Positions 9,035 to 18,034 of a stretch of DNA of 64,000 nt are shown one piece after another (positions within the stretch are counted from its first letter, which is position 1; every line of letters begins with the position of its first letter). A model generated the notes under the pieces. That model made no database searches, was not told the DNA's origin, and saw nothing but the letters and a program-made list of their open reading frames with translations. This DNA comes from Candidatus Doudnabacteria bacterium RIFCSPHIGHO2_12_FULL_48_16 (GTDB lineage Bacteria; Patescibacteriota; Doudnabacteria; UBA920; O2-02-FULL-48-8). The translations under genes and the position numbers were made by a program. The stretch spans positions 10,399 to 74,398 of the forward strand of contig MFEY01000004.1 of the NCBI GenBank assembly GCA_001780035.1, read 5' to 3'.

Positions 9035-10375
9035 TTAAATTCTATTTACAAGCACTTCGGGTAGCTGGAGTATTTTGTCTCCTTGGCTAAACCCGTTTCT
9101 TATTATCGCCGTGATTACACCATTCGGCAGACTTGATTTTTTAGTAGCAGATCTCCCCACGTGATAACGGGAATCAAAGCCAGTCTTCCCTAATGCAATA
9201 GGTATCACTTTTATGCCCGCTGATCCCAATAACGCATCCATCGGGGCTTTGATATCTTTAAACTGACTTAGCCAGGCATTAGCTTGGTCCAGAGGTCTTA
9301 AGCTTTCGGGATCGCCTGTGGCACTCATATACTTATACCCCTCGTTATTAACCAATTCATTATATAACAGGTCGAAGCCACCTAGATTATCCGTGATATA
9401 TCTTGACTGATCAAAATTTTTAAGTTTTTCACGCTCCCCGCTGGTAAGAACACAAAATTTAAACAACACATCTTTCACGCTCTGAGTGATTTTCTCCTGT
9501 TGCTCAACCGAACCTCCCGCACCTATCTCGCCTTTAACGAACTTTCCAACCACGCCTAAATTTTTTGCCGCATTTGCATACCGCTCCACTGGCTGCAACA
9601 TACCCTTAAAAGTATTTCTAATACCCAGGTCTTGTGGGCGTTCTGAGGAGGCTTTATCGATTTTCGAGTTGAACACAACCAGCTTGACAAAAAAATCTGT
9701 CTGACGCTGCTTCACCTGCTCTATATCTTCTTGATTTCTTGAATAGACATCCAGTACTAAAGCCTGATCCAGAGTCAATCTTTCATCTTCAGCAATTCCA
9801 GCTCGCCATGTTTGTTCTTCCGATGTGGCAGTCTGTAGGTCGCTCTGCATTTGACTGAGGGATTGTTCAAGATCAACCACTTCCTTCTTGTAGCCGGGGA
9901 TAAAAACTTCTTCCCATTTGGTAAGTGCCGCTTGAGCCTCGGCAAGTGCTGCTTTAGCACGTTCTACACCGTCTTTTTCGGACACCAATAGAGAACCAGG
10001 TTTTACCCGAGCTTCCGCTTGTCTTAACTCATCATGCGCTTGTTGTAGAAATTCTTTACGCTTTTCTACGCTTTCTAGGAAATCTCTACTCCCTCGACGG
10101 AGTTGCGATTTGGCATATTCCAGAGGAGTGCGGGCTTCAATCATCTTACGCACAATGGCGGTACGGGCTTCAAAAAAATTGATTGATTTGGATAAATTCG
10201 CCTGTCCTTCCGGTCGTTCCAGAAGAGCTGTTATCTTGCCCTTTAGTGCTTCGGGGGCTATCGCCGCTACTCCTGAAAAGTCTTGTTCTACTGTGTTATT
10301 ACCAGCAATTTCTGGCCTACGCATTCCTGTGCTTGGATCAATATCTTCTCCGAATCTCTGTTCTTCATCATCCAT
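9035..10375 (-). CDS. Hypothetical 446-aa coiled-coil-rich protein, cargo of the tRNA-Glu island
   Basis: No recognisable domain. Codon usage is rich in AGA/AGG/GGA/ATA, unlike neighbouring genes. Confidence 0.5.
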   Translation of the reverse strand: MDDEEQRFGEDIDPSTGMRRPEIAGNNTVEQDFSGVAAIAPEALKGKITALLERPEGQANLSKSINFFEARTAIVRKMIEARTPLEYAKSQLRRGSRDFLESVEKRKEFLQQAHDELRQAEARVKPGSLLVSEKDGVERAKAALAEAQAALTKWEEVFIPGYKKEVVDLEQSLSQMQSDLQTATSEEQTWRAGIAEDERLTLDQALVLDVYSRNQEDIEQVKQRQTDFFVKLVVFNSKIDKASSERPQDLGIRNTFKGMLQPVERYANAAKNLGVVGKFVKGEIGAGGSVEQQEKITQSVKDVLFKFCVLTSGEREKLKNFDQSRYITDNLGGFDLLYNELVNNEGYKYMSATGDPESLRPLDQANAWLSQFKDIKAPMDALLGSAGIKVIPIALGKTGFDSRYHVGRSATKKSSLPNGVITAIIRNGFSQGDKILQLPEVLVNRI

Positions 10376-10451
10376 AGCGATTTGATTAATTCATTATACT
10401 AACAAATATAGTATATTTAACTTAGTCCTTAAGTTCAAGTGATACAAAAAT

Positions 10452-10472
10452 CCTCCCGTGATCAACGGGAGG
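10452..10472. terminator. Hairpin CCTCCCGtgatcaaCGGGAGG
   Basis: Direct-repeat partner of the hairpin at 8982. Confidence 0.5.
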
Positions 10473-10499
10473 ATTTTTGGTTTGCGGCTTTTGATTAAC

Positions 10500-10667
10500 G
10501 GAAGAGTTTAACGACTTTGGCCATGAACTGGCCAGTGACGTTTTTGAACTTGACCCAACTGCCATCCCCCACACTGATGTCGGCTGCAGTTTTAGTTTCC
10601 CCGTCAATCTTAACTTTAGTGTTCACGTCTACAGTTACGGTCTGCGTCTGACCGGTAACGCTGTTGG
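10500..10667 (-). pseudogene. C-terminal fragment of a paralog of the secreted protein at 11709-12338
   Basis: Hand translation ...VNTKVKIDGETKTAADISVGDGSWVKFKNVTGQFMAKVVKLFR* aligns with ...ADTKVMINGESKTIADIQVGDSGWVKFKNEAGTLIAKFFNLFR*. No start codon; it runs into repeat B. Confidence 0.6.
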
Positions 10668-10716
10668 TAACCGTTAGACGATGAGGCCTGAAATTAGCTT
10701 AATTATATCGTTTTGT
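10668..10716. repeat. Direct repeat copy B of the tRNA-Glu 5' segment
   Basis: See copy A. Confidence 0.7.
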
Positions 10717-10754
10717 TCTGGTATAATCAATGCATGATTTGATATAATACATCA

Positions 10755-11663
10755 ATGAAACGATTTTTTTCCGGAATTTTTATTGCGCTCCTCTTAAGCG
10801 GCCTGGGGGTTTGGAGTTATGCCAAATTCCACGTAGTACCCTGCAGCGAACCGGTTAAATATTCTCTCGGCCGGTTTGATGGGCAGTTCGGAATTAATCA
10901 GGAACAATTCCTAGCCGATATTGAAGCGGCCTCCAACATCTGGGCCACCGCCGCAAGCGGCCAGTCTTTATTTGTCTACGATCCGGCCGGATCGCTCAAA
11001 ATCAATCTAGTCTATGACTCCCGGCAAGAAACCACCAACCGGCTGCGGAGCCTGGGAATAAGCATTGAAGACACCAAAGATTCATACGACAAACTAAAAC
11101 TAAGATATCAAACCTCAAAATCCGATTACGAGTTGGCCAAACAGGCTTATGAAAACGAATTAGCCAAATACCAGCAAGACCAGAATGACTATAACCAGCA
11201 GGTCAATTACTGGAATTCCCGCGGCGGCGCGCCCAAAGAAACCTACGACTCGCTGGCGAGCCAAAAAAAACAGCTCGACCAGCGCCGGGCCCAATTAACG
11301 GCCGACCAGGCCGAGCTTAATCAACTGGTCGCCAACCTCAATGCCATAATTGATGCGCTCAATCAACTGGGCAAAAAACTGAATTTGAATATCGCCGATT
11401 ATAACAATGTCGGCGCCTCCCAAGGATCAGAGTTTGAAGAAGGCCTTTATGTTGAAAGTTCGACCGGCAAATATATCGATATTTATGAATTCGACAATCA
11501 AACCCAGTTGGTGCGCCTTCTGGCTCACGAACTGGGCCACTCCCTGGGCCTGCTTCATGTCGATGACTCCGAGGCCATCATGTATCGCCTTAACTCTTCC
11601 ACCAACCAAATCGCGACCGGCGCCGACATCGCGGAACTCAAAGCCATCTGCAAGTTGCCATAG
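10755..11663 (+). CDS. Membrane-anchored metzincin (matrixin-like) zinc metalloprotease with a long coiled-coil segment
   Basis: HELGHSLGLLH (HExxHxxGxxH) plus Met-turn AIMY; N-terminal TM. Confidence 0.65.
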   Translation: MKRFFSGIFIALLLSGLGVWSYAKFHVVPCSEPVKYSLGRFDGQFGINQEQFLADIEAASNIWATAASGQSLFVYDPAGSLKINLVYDSRQETTNRLRSLGISIEDTKDSYDKLKLRYQTSKSDYELAKQAYENELAKYQQDQNDYNQQVNYWNSRGGAPKETYDSLASQKKQLDQRRAQLTADQAELNQLVANLNAIIDALNQLGKKLNLNIADYNNVGASQGSEFEEGLYVESSTGKYIDIYEFDNQTQLVRLLAHELGHSLGLLHVDDSEAIMYRLNSSTNQIATGADIAELKAICKLP

Positions 11664-11677
11664 CTTAGTATAACAAA

Positions 11678-11702
11678 CCCCCGCCTCTCGCGAGAGGCGG
11701 GG
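11678..11702. terminator. Bidirectional terminator CCCCGCCTCTCGCGAGAGGCGGGG between convergent genes
   Basis: Perfect hairpin. Confidence 0.6.
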
Positions 11703-11708
11703 TTAAAC

Positions 11709-12338
11709 TTAGCGGAAAAGATTGAAGAATTTGGCAATCAGAGTGCCCGCCTCGTTCTTAAATTTTACCCAACCGCTGTCCCCAACTTGGATATCGGCGA
11801 TGGTTTTACTCTCACCGTTGATCATGACCTTGGTGTCTGCGTTGGTGGTGACAGTCTGTGATACTCCGGTCAAACCATTGGTAATGGTTATGGAATTGTC
11901 GGTGACGGCCGTAACTTTGCCTGAGGCTCTGGTTACCGGCCGGCTAAGGTCACGGACCTGCGTGGCGGTCAAGACTGTACCGCTAATGCTGCCGGATACA
12001 ATTACCTTATCCCCGGCCTTAAGGTCAGCCCAACTTAAAACCGCTTCGTCGTTGCCCTTGATTTTGGTATCGCTATTGATGACGACGGTTACCTGGCCGT
12101 TACCCATAAGGTCAGACAAATGTTTGCCAGCTTTGGCGTTGAATACCAGACTTGAAGAAGTTGCCGAGTTAACGGTTCCCCAGAATTGGAATTTGTTAAG
12201 TCCCAATCGCAAACCGCCAGCTTGCTCCGCCTTGACCTTGATAAAACCATGGCTCTCGTTTTCATGAGCCGAGGCTATGCTGACGGTAGCGGTAAGCGCC
12301 AGCGCTGCGATCGTAAGAACTGCAAGTAGTTTTTTCAT
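11709..12338 (-). CDS. Secreted beta-rich repeat protein (hypothetical)
   Basis: Signal peptide MKKLLAVLTIAALALTA; repeated K/V/T beta-strand modules. Paralogous fragment at 10500. Confidence 0.5.
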   Translation of the reverse strand: MKKLLAVLTIAALALTATVSIASAHENESHGFIKVKAEQAGGLRLGLNKFQFWGTVNSATSSSLVFNAKAGKHLSDLMGNGQVTVVINSDTKIKGNDEAVLSWADLKAGDKVIVSGSISGTVLTATQVRDLSRPVTRASGKVTAVTDNSITITNGLTGVSQTVTTNADTKVMINGESKTIADIQVGDSGWVKFKNEAGTLIAKFFNLFR

Positions 12339-12468
12339 AAATTTCCTTTCTCCCTCCATTCATTGAATCGAAGCATTGCCAGTGAGGTTACAAACTTTAA
12401 GGGTAAAACAAACAAAAAAATAAGCCCTTTCGGCTCTAACTAATAAAGACGAAAAAAATAATTTTTTG

Positions 12469-13728
12469 TTACAGCCAACTTTCTGACTGGCGCACCAGCA
12501 GCTGTGGTGCCAGGTTGGGCTCTAGCATAATTTCTTTGACAATTTTTTCCATGCGCGCGGCTTGAGAACCTTTGACCAAGATAGTATCGCCGGGAAGCAA
12601 GGCTGATCGGACCGAGATTTTGGCGGAATCAGAAGTGGCGAACCATTGAGCGCGGCCGCTAAATTTTCGCGCCTGCAATCCCTCCCGGATAATTTTGGCT
12701 TCCTCCCCGACCAAATAAACCAGCCCAATGGCGCTTTCCACAATTTTGGCCGCGACATCAATATGGCCGCTGCGAGTTTGGGCTCCGAGCTCAGTCATTG
12801 AGCCCAAAACTGCAATTTTTCGCCCTAATGCCAGATTATTCAAAGTATCAAGAGCCGCAATTGTGGAAGCGGGGGCGGCATTATAAGTGTCGTCGATAAT
12901 TGCCGTCTGCCTGATACCGGCAATTAAGCGCTGCCGGCCTTGCGACGGCTCGTAGGATTTAAGCGCTTCCGAGGCTTCGACTAAATTTATATCAAACTGC
13001 AATCCGACGGCGACGGCGGCCAGAGCTGCATACACCGCGGGCTTGCCCAGCGAGTTCGGCAAAAAAAACGGAAGAACAGTTCCTTCATAGTGAACCTTAA
13101 AATTCGAACCCCAGGTTCCCTCTACTTGCATCAAGCGGAAATCAGAAGCTTTGATTTGGGCTTCTCGAGCAAACCCAAAGCTGACCACTTTTGCTTTGGT
13201 CTGAATCCGGCCTTCCTGCACCTTCGGGCTGTCAAAATTTAGAACGGCCGCGGCCTCGAGTGGAAGTTTTTTGATCAAACTCAGTTTTTCCCGGGCCAGC
13301 TCCGATTGATCGGTAAAAAACTGCAGGTGTGAAATTCCGATATCGGTAACCACGGCCACGTCGACCTTGCCCAAAATCTTCATCAAATACGCGATATTGC
13401 CGGGGCGATCCACGCCCAGCTCCAGAACCAAAACTTGCGGATAATCGGCGTGAGCCAATTTCGCAATGCTCTTGAGAAAAATCCAGGCCCAACGCAACAA
13501 GTTGCGCCCGCCGGTCTGTTCGCCGGCAATCGTCAACGGCAGTCCGATTTCGTTGTTGTAATTCCCCCGGCTTTGGCGCACCGAATATTTGGTCTGCAAG
13601 ACGCGCAAACAGGCTTCCTTGGTGGAAGTTTTGCCGACGCTGCCGGTGATCGCCACGATCTTCGGATGATACCGCCAGAGAAACAGTTTTGCCAGGATGG
13701 CCAGATTTTTTTCCAAAAGTGTGCGCAT
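12469..13728 (-). CDS. murF: UDP-MurNAc-tripeptide--D-Ala-D-Ala ligase
   Basis: ITGSVGKTSTKE P-loop, GNYNNEIGLP. Confidence 0.85.
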   Translation of the reverse strand: MRTLLEKNLAILAKLFLWRYHPKIVAITGSVGKTSTKEACLRVLQTKYSVRQSRGNYNNEIGLPLTIAGEQTGGRNLLRWAWIFLKSIAKLAHADYPQVLVLELGVDRPGNIAYLMKILGKVDVAVVTDIGISHLQFFTDQSELAREKLSLIKKLPLEAAAVLNFDSPKVQEGRIQTKAKVVSFGFAREAQIKASDFRLMQVEGTWGSNFKVHYEGTVLPFFLPNSLGKPAVYAALAAVAVGLQFDINLVEASEALKSYEPSQGRQRLIAGIRQTAIIDDTYNAAPASTIAALDTLNNLALGRKIAVLGSMTELGAQTRSGHIDVAAKIVESAIGLVYLVGEEAKIIREGLQARKFSGRAQWFATSDSAKISVRSALLPGDTILVKGSQAARMEKIVKEIMLEPNLAPQLLVRQSESWL

Positions 13729-13729
13729 A

Positions 13730-15484
13730 TTATTGCCGCGACGGCGGCACTTGAAAGTAATTTAGAATAAATTGAGCAATTTGACCAAAGGCCGGGGCCG
13801 CTGTCGATTCGGCGAATTTCACGTCTTTCGGGTTATCTATCCGCACCAGCATCAAAAATTGTGGATCGTCCACCGGCCCAAAGCCGACAAATGATCCAAT
13901 ATTGCGGTTGGGGTCATAACCGCTTCGATCCGTAAACGCCACCTGTGCTGTCCCGGTTTTGCCGGCAATGTAGTAACCCTTAACCGCCGCTCTTTTGCCA
14001 TGTCCGTTTTCCACTACGTCCACCAGCATTGCCGAAATTGTGGATGCGGTTTTGGCATCAATAACCTGATCGCCCGGGTCATGATCGGTTTTTATTTCAT
14101 CTCCATTGGGCTGGACGATTCTGTCGATAATGTATGGTCTGACCAGTTGACCGCCATTGGCAAAAGGAGAATAGGCCTGAATAATCTGAAGTGGGGTGAC
14201 GCTGATCCCCTGGCCAAACGAGGCCGTGGCAAAAAAAACATCACCTTTCTTATTTAAGTTGTCGAGATTACCGCCATGATTGGGCAGTTCAAAATTAACC
14301 GCCTGGCCAAAGCCCAATTTTTTAACGTATTCCCTGAACTTGTCATTTCCGATCTGCTGTTGGGCAAAAACCGCGCCGGTGTTAAGGGATTCATCCAAAA
14401 CCCGGATCATGCTCTGATCGCCCAAAAAATCAGCCGGGCTGGAATTTTTAATAATTTTATCATCCACCTGGATGGATCCGGTGTTGTTGTAAGTGGAATC
14501 GGGTGTAACCTTGCCCTCGTTGATTGCCGCGGCCAAGGTTACCGCCTTGAATATCGAGCCGGGCTCATAATCACCTGCGGCCACTTGATTGGCAAAAATC
14601 GACAAATCTTTGACCTTGCCGTAGTTATTGGCATCAAAACTCGGGTAATTGGCCAGAGCGAGCACCGCTCCGGTTTTAGGATTGATAACTGTGACCGAAC
14701 CGTTGTCAGCCCCGTGGTCTTTGACTGTCCGGGCCAAAACCTCTTCCGCCTTGTATTGAATGGCTGAATCCAGGGTCAGATAGATATCGTCGCCATTGCG
14801 GGCGGGAACAAAATTGCGCGAAGCGACCGTGATCAACCGGCCCCTGCTGTCAGTTTCGGCGCCCAAAGATCCCTTCCTCCCCGTCAGCTCATCGTTGTAA
14901 TTGCCTTCAATGCCGTATTGCCCAACCCGGTCATTGCCTTTGTAGCCCAAAAATCCGACGACCTGGCTGGCCAAATTTGATTCGGGATAAAATCGCGCTT
15001 CCTGGGCCTGAATATAAATGCCTTTGACTTTTAACGACTCAATTGCCTTGGCCTGTTCGTCGGTCATATCTTTGGTCAGTGGCACATAACTCCCATTGCC
15101 GGAAATCTTGGCCAGTAAATCTTTGGTTGACAGGCCCAGATGCCCCGCCAGCTTGTTGGCGGCCTGTTCTTTGTCGGTGATTTCCTTCGGAATGGCGTAG
15201 ACCATATTTTTGGAAATGGTCGTGGCCACCAACACCGTCGAGCCCGGCGAGCCCGCCAAATATATATCACCGCGCTTGGAATCGATCGTGGTCGAAAACC
15301 CGCGCTGATTGGCGGCCAGAGATTCATAATATTTATGGTTAACAACCTGCACCATAAACAAGCGGGCGCCGAGAATAAATATAAACAAGGCCAGGGCGAG
15401 CAATAATAAAAAAATTCTTAAGTTGTAAGAATTTTTGACCCCGGGTGGGTTAATGGCAATGTTATTTGAGCGCGAAGTTGGCAT
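13730..15484 (-). CDS. ftsI: Penicillin-binding protein transpeptidase (FtsI/PBP2-like)
   Basis: N-terminal TM, SxxK (GSIFKAV) and KTGTAQV motifs. Lies within the dcw cluster. Confidence 0.85.
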   Translation of the reverse strand: MPTSRSNNIAINPPGVKNSYNLRIFLLLLALALFIFILGARLFMVQVVNHKYYESLAANQRGFSTTIDSKRGDIYLAGSPGSTVLVATTISKNMVYAIPKEITDKEQAANKLAGHLGLSTKDLLAKISGNGSYVPLTKDMTDEQAKAIESLKVKGIYIQAQEARFYPESNLASQVVGFLGYKGNDRVGQYGIEGNYNDELTGRKGSLGAETDSRGRLITVASRNFVPARNGDDIYLTLDSAIQYKAEEVLARTVKDHGADNGSVTVINPKTGAVLALANYPSFDANNYGKVKDLSIFANQVAAGDYEPGSIFKAVTLAAAINEGKVTPDSTYNNTGSIQVDDKIIKNSSPADFLGDQSMIRVLDESLNTGAVFAQQQIGNDKFREYVKKLGFGQAVNFELPNHGGNLDNLNKKGDVFFATASFGQGISVTPLQIIQAYSPFANGGQLVRPYIIDRIVQPNGDEIKTDHDPGDQVIDAKTASTISAMLVDVVENGHGKRAAVKGYYIAGKTGTAQVAFTDRSGYDPNRNIGSFVGFGPVDDPQFLMLVRIDNPKDVKFAESTAAPAFGQIAQFILNYFQVPPSRQ

Positions 15485-15815
15485 CTTTGATATAGGTCAC
15501 ATTGGTTACTGGCACGAACCGGCCGGCCGCGGCCTGGCCCTGGATTTGATTGATTGACTGCAAATCCGATGACTGAATTTGCAGGGTTTGCTGTTCATAT
15601 TCCTCTGCCTCCAGCCGCGTTTCCACCCGTTTGATCTCATAGCCCTTGGTGCCCAACGAGCTGATAGTGAACAGATAGCCAAAACCCAAAAGCAGAGTGC
15701 CAGCCATTAAAATCAAATTCAATTTTTGAGCGGAGTTCCAGGTCCCGATCCGGGGTTTGGAAGCCGTTAATGGCAAAGATAAAGTTAAATCACGCATGTG
15801 CCGCCTAACATTCAC
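15462..15815 (-). CDS. ftsL: Cell division protein FtsL-like
   Basis: Single TM plus coiled-coil, positioned between rsmH and ftsI. Confidence 0.55.
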   Translation of the reverse strand: MNVRRHMRDLTLSLPLTASKPRIGTWNSAQKLNLILMAGTLLLGFGYLFTISSLGTKGYEIKRVETRLEAEEYEQQTLQIQSSDLQSINQIQGQAAAGRFVPVTNVTYIKDANFALK

Positions 15816-15899
15816 GTATCATGAATCACGTATCGCGAATCATGTTTTAGTTTGTTTTTGTTTTCATGTTACATGTTACGTGTTCCATGCTACATGATT

Positions 15900-16829
15900 T
15901 CAAATTTTCTGCGCCGCCCTGAGTTTGGCCGGTTTGCTGCGCGAGTTGGTTTTAATCTCTTCTTCGGACGCTGTTGCGGGCTTGCGGGTCAGAATCCTGA
16001 GAGTTGAAATTTTGTCGCAAACGCAGGTCGGAAATTCAGGCGGACAAACGCACTCGCGGGCCTGCTCGTTAAAAAATTCTTTAACAATCCGGTCTTCCAG
16101 AGACTGAAACGAAATGACTACCAGGCGGCCGGCTGGTTTTAAAAGCTTTAGGCATTTAGGCAAAACGGTTTTCAAATTTACCAGCTCCCGGTTGACTTCG
16201 ATTCGGAGCGCTTGAAAAATCCGTCGTTGAGAATCTGCGGCCTTGAATTGAATCGGCTTCGGCAAAGCCTGTTTGATAATTTCAGCCAATTGGCCGGTGC
16301 TTAGAATCGATCCTTTTTGCCGGTGAGCCACTATTTCCCGGGCAATTCTGCCGGCAAACTTCTCTTCCCCAAAGTCCTTAAAAATTTCTGCCAATTCGTG
16401 AACATGGTAATGGTTTACGACCTGTTCTGCCGTTACCTTACTCGAGGAATCGAACCGCATATCCAGCGGGCCTTCGCTTTGGAACGAAAACCCCCGCTTG
16501 GCTTGATCAACCTGGTCGGAGGAAAAACCCAGATCCAGGAGGATCCCGTCAAGTTCGGTTATGGAGTGCTCGGCGCAAATCGAATCCAAGTCCACATAAT
16601 TTCCCTTTACCAAAGTGGCTCTTTGGTTCAGGCTCTCTTGGACAAGCCTCTCTCGCAGCTTGTCCAAAGAAGTCTGATCCAAATCAATCCCCAAAACTTG
16701 GTTAACCGGGTTGGAATTTAAAATTGCGATCGTATGGCCGCCGCTCCCGACCGTGCCGTCGGCAAACCGGCCGCCGGAGGCCGCATTCAAATATTCAAGC
16801 GTTTCCTTCAGCAGGACGGGTACGTGCAT
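15900..16829 (-). CDS. rsmH: 16S rRNA m4C1402 methyltransferase
   Basis: MHVPVLLKETLEYL N-terminus and SAM-binding motifs. Confidence 0.85.
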   Translation of the reverse strand: MHVPVLLKETLEYLNAASGGRFADGTVGSGGHTIAILNSNPVNQVLGIDLDQTSLDKLRERLVQESLNQRATLVKGNYVDLDSICAEHSITELDGILLDLGFSSDQVDQAKRGFSFQSEGPLDMRFDSSSKVTAEQVVNHYHVHELAEIFKDFGEEKFAGRIAREIVAHRQKGSILSTGQLAEIIKQALPKPIQFKAADSQRRIFQALRIEVNRELVNLKTVLPKCLKLLKPAGRLVVISFQSLEDRIVKEFFNEQARECVCPPEFPTCVCDKISTLRILTRKPATASEEEIKTNSRSKPAKLRAAQKI

Positions 16830-16960
16830 ACTTTTTCTCTCTTAAGCAAGGCGCTGGTGCAAAATTAGCCTTCGCAGGCCGACCTTAGTCGGCCGAGAAC
16901 GCAGGCTGTCCCGACGTTAAGTCGGGAACAGCCGGTAATTTTGCACGAACGCCGAGCGAT

Positions 16961-17428
16961 TTACACTCCCAGTTCTCCCAATTTTTCAGCAATCGCCGTG
17001 CTTTCCCGTTCGGTATTCTTCTTGTAATCAAGCCACAACCGCTCATCCCAGATTTCAATGCGGTTATAAAGCCCGGCCACAACCACCCGCTTGGTCAGCG
17101 TTGCGAATTTCCGCAAATAATCCGGAATCATCATCCGACCCTGCTTGTCCAACTCTGCATCAAATGCCCCCGCCAGCATGAGCCGCGAAAAAGCGCGGGA
17201 ATTGGCCTGCGTCAAAGGCAACGCCGCTATCTTGGCCGCAATGACTTCCCATTCCTTGGTCGGATAGAGAAAAAGACTTTGATCCAAGCCGCGGGTCACG
17301 ACAGCCGATGCATTTAAAAGAGCACGAAACTTTGCCGGAATGGCGATTCGACCCTTGGCATCCATGCTAACTGTAAATTCCCCAATAAACATGACTTTCT
17401 TTGTTTCTTGAACAGTGATGTTCTCCAC
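16961..17428 (-). CDS. mraZ: Transcriptional regulator MraZ
   Basis: Duplicated SpoVT/AbrB-type motif DAKGRIAIPAKFR. GTG start. Confidence 0.85.
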   Translation of the reverse strand: MENITVQETKKVMFIGEFTVSMDAKGRIAIPAKFRALLNASAVVTRGLDQSLFLYPTKEWEVIAAKIAALPLTQANSRAFSRLMLAGAFDAELDKQGRMMIPDYLRKFATLTKRVVVAGLYNRIEIWDERLWLDYKKNTERESTAIAEKLGELGV

Positions 17429-17474
17429 TTTTCCCCACGATTATCCACAATTCACCATTTACAATTCATTATAT
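17424..17474 (-). promoter_or_regulatory. Putative mraZ promoter (-10 TATAAT) with three GTGGN direct repeats spaced 5 nt apart (MraZ-box-like operator)
   Basis: Minus strand reads TATAAT ...GTGGA taatc GTGGG gaaaa GTG(start)GAG. Confidence 0.45.
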
Positions 17475-17607
17475 TCCACTCTATGACACACGTCAAAGGT
17501 TCTGTAACAAATAAAAAAGGCCGTAAACCGGCCAAAATACGCTAAAAACCAACGAATCTGTCAAGTTTTAAGCCTACTTGTCCCCACCAAGCTTTTTTCC
17601 TAAAAAA

Positions 17608-17626
17608 CTGCCCCAAATCGGGGCAG
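17608..17626 (-). terminator. Rho-independent terminator CTGCCCCaaatcGGGGCAG followed by a T-run on the minus strand
   Basis: Hairpin plus TTTTTT. Confidence 0.55.
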
Positions 17627-17632
17627 TTTGTG

Positions 17633-17731
17633 TTATTCAGTCTCTTCGGTATTTGTTTCTTCCTTTACTTCCTTTTCATCCGTATCAGCGTCATCATCAG
17701 ATGGATTCGTTTTGTCATCATCCATGATCAT
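17633..17731 (-). CDS. Possible 32-aa highly acidic peptide MIMDDDKTNPSDDDADTDEKEVKEETNTEETE
   Basis: Small ORF immediately followed by the terminator; below the ORF-track cutoff. Confidence 0.25.
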   Translation of the reverse strand: MIMDDDKTNPSDDDADTDEKEVKEETNTEETE

Positions 17732-17780
17732 AAAATTGGATTAATAATTTCCAACAGTATACCCGATTGCCGCGGGTTGG

Positions 17781-18017
17781 TCAATTCTTTGTAAGTAAAA
17801 ACTTAATAATTGTGGATAAACTTTCCCAAATATTCTTAAGAATGGGCACCGAAGCCGGCAAAAGCACAATCAATACGATTATATAAATAAATTCACGCTT
17901 AATGACCTTAAAGATTCCTATGGCCAGACAGACTGCCAGGGCCAAGGATACGATTCCGTGCAAATTTTCCGGAAAATAACTTAAAAATTGATTGTAGATA
18001 GATACAATTTGATCCAT
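17781..18017 (-). CDS. Small 2-TM membrane protein (hypothetical)
   Basis: Two predicted TM helices. Confidence 0.35.
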   Translation of the reverse strand: MDQIVSIYNQFLSYFPENLHGIVSLALAVCLAIGIFKVIKREFIYIIVLIVLLPASVPILKNIWESLSTIIKFLLTKN

Positions 18018-18034
18018 GGGTCAAATATGGTTAA

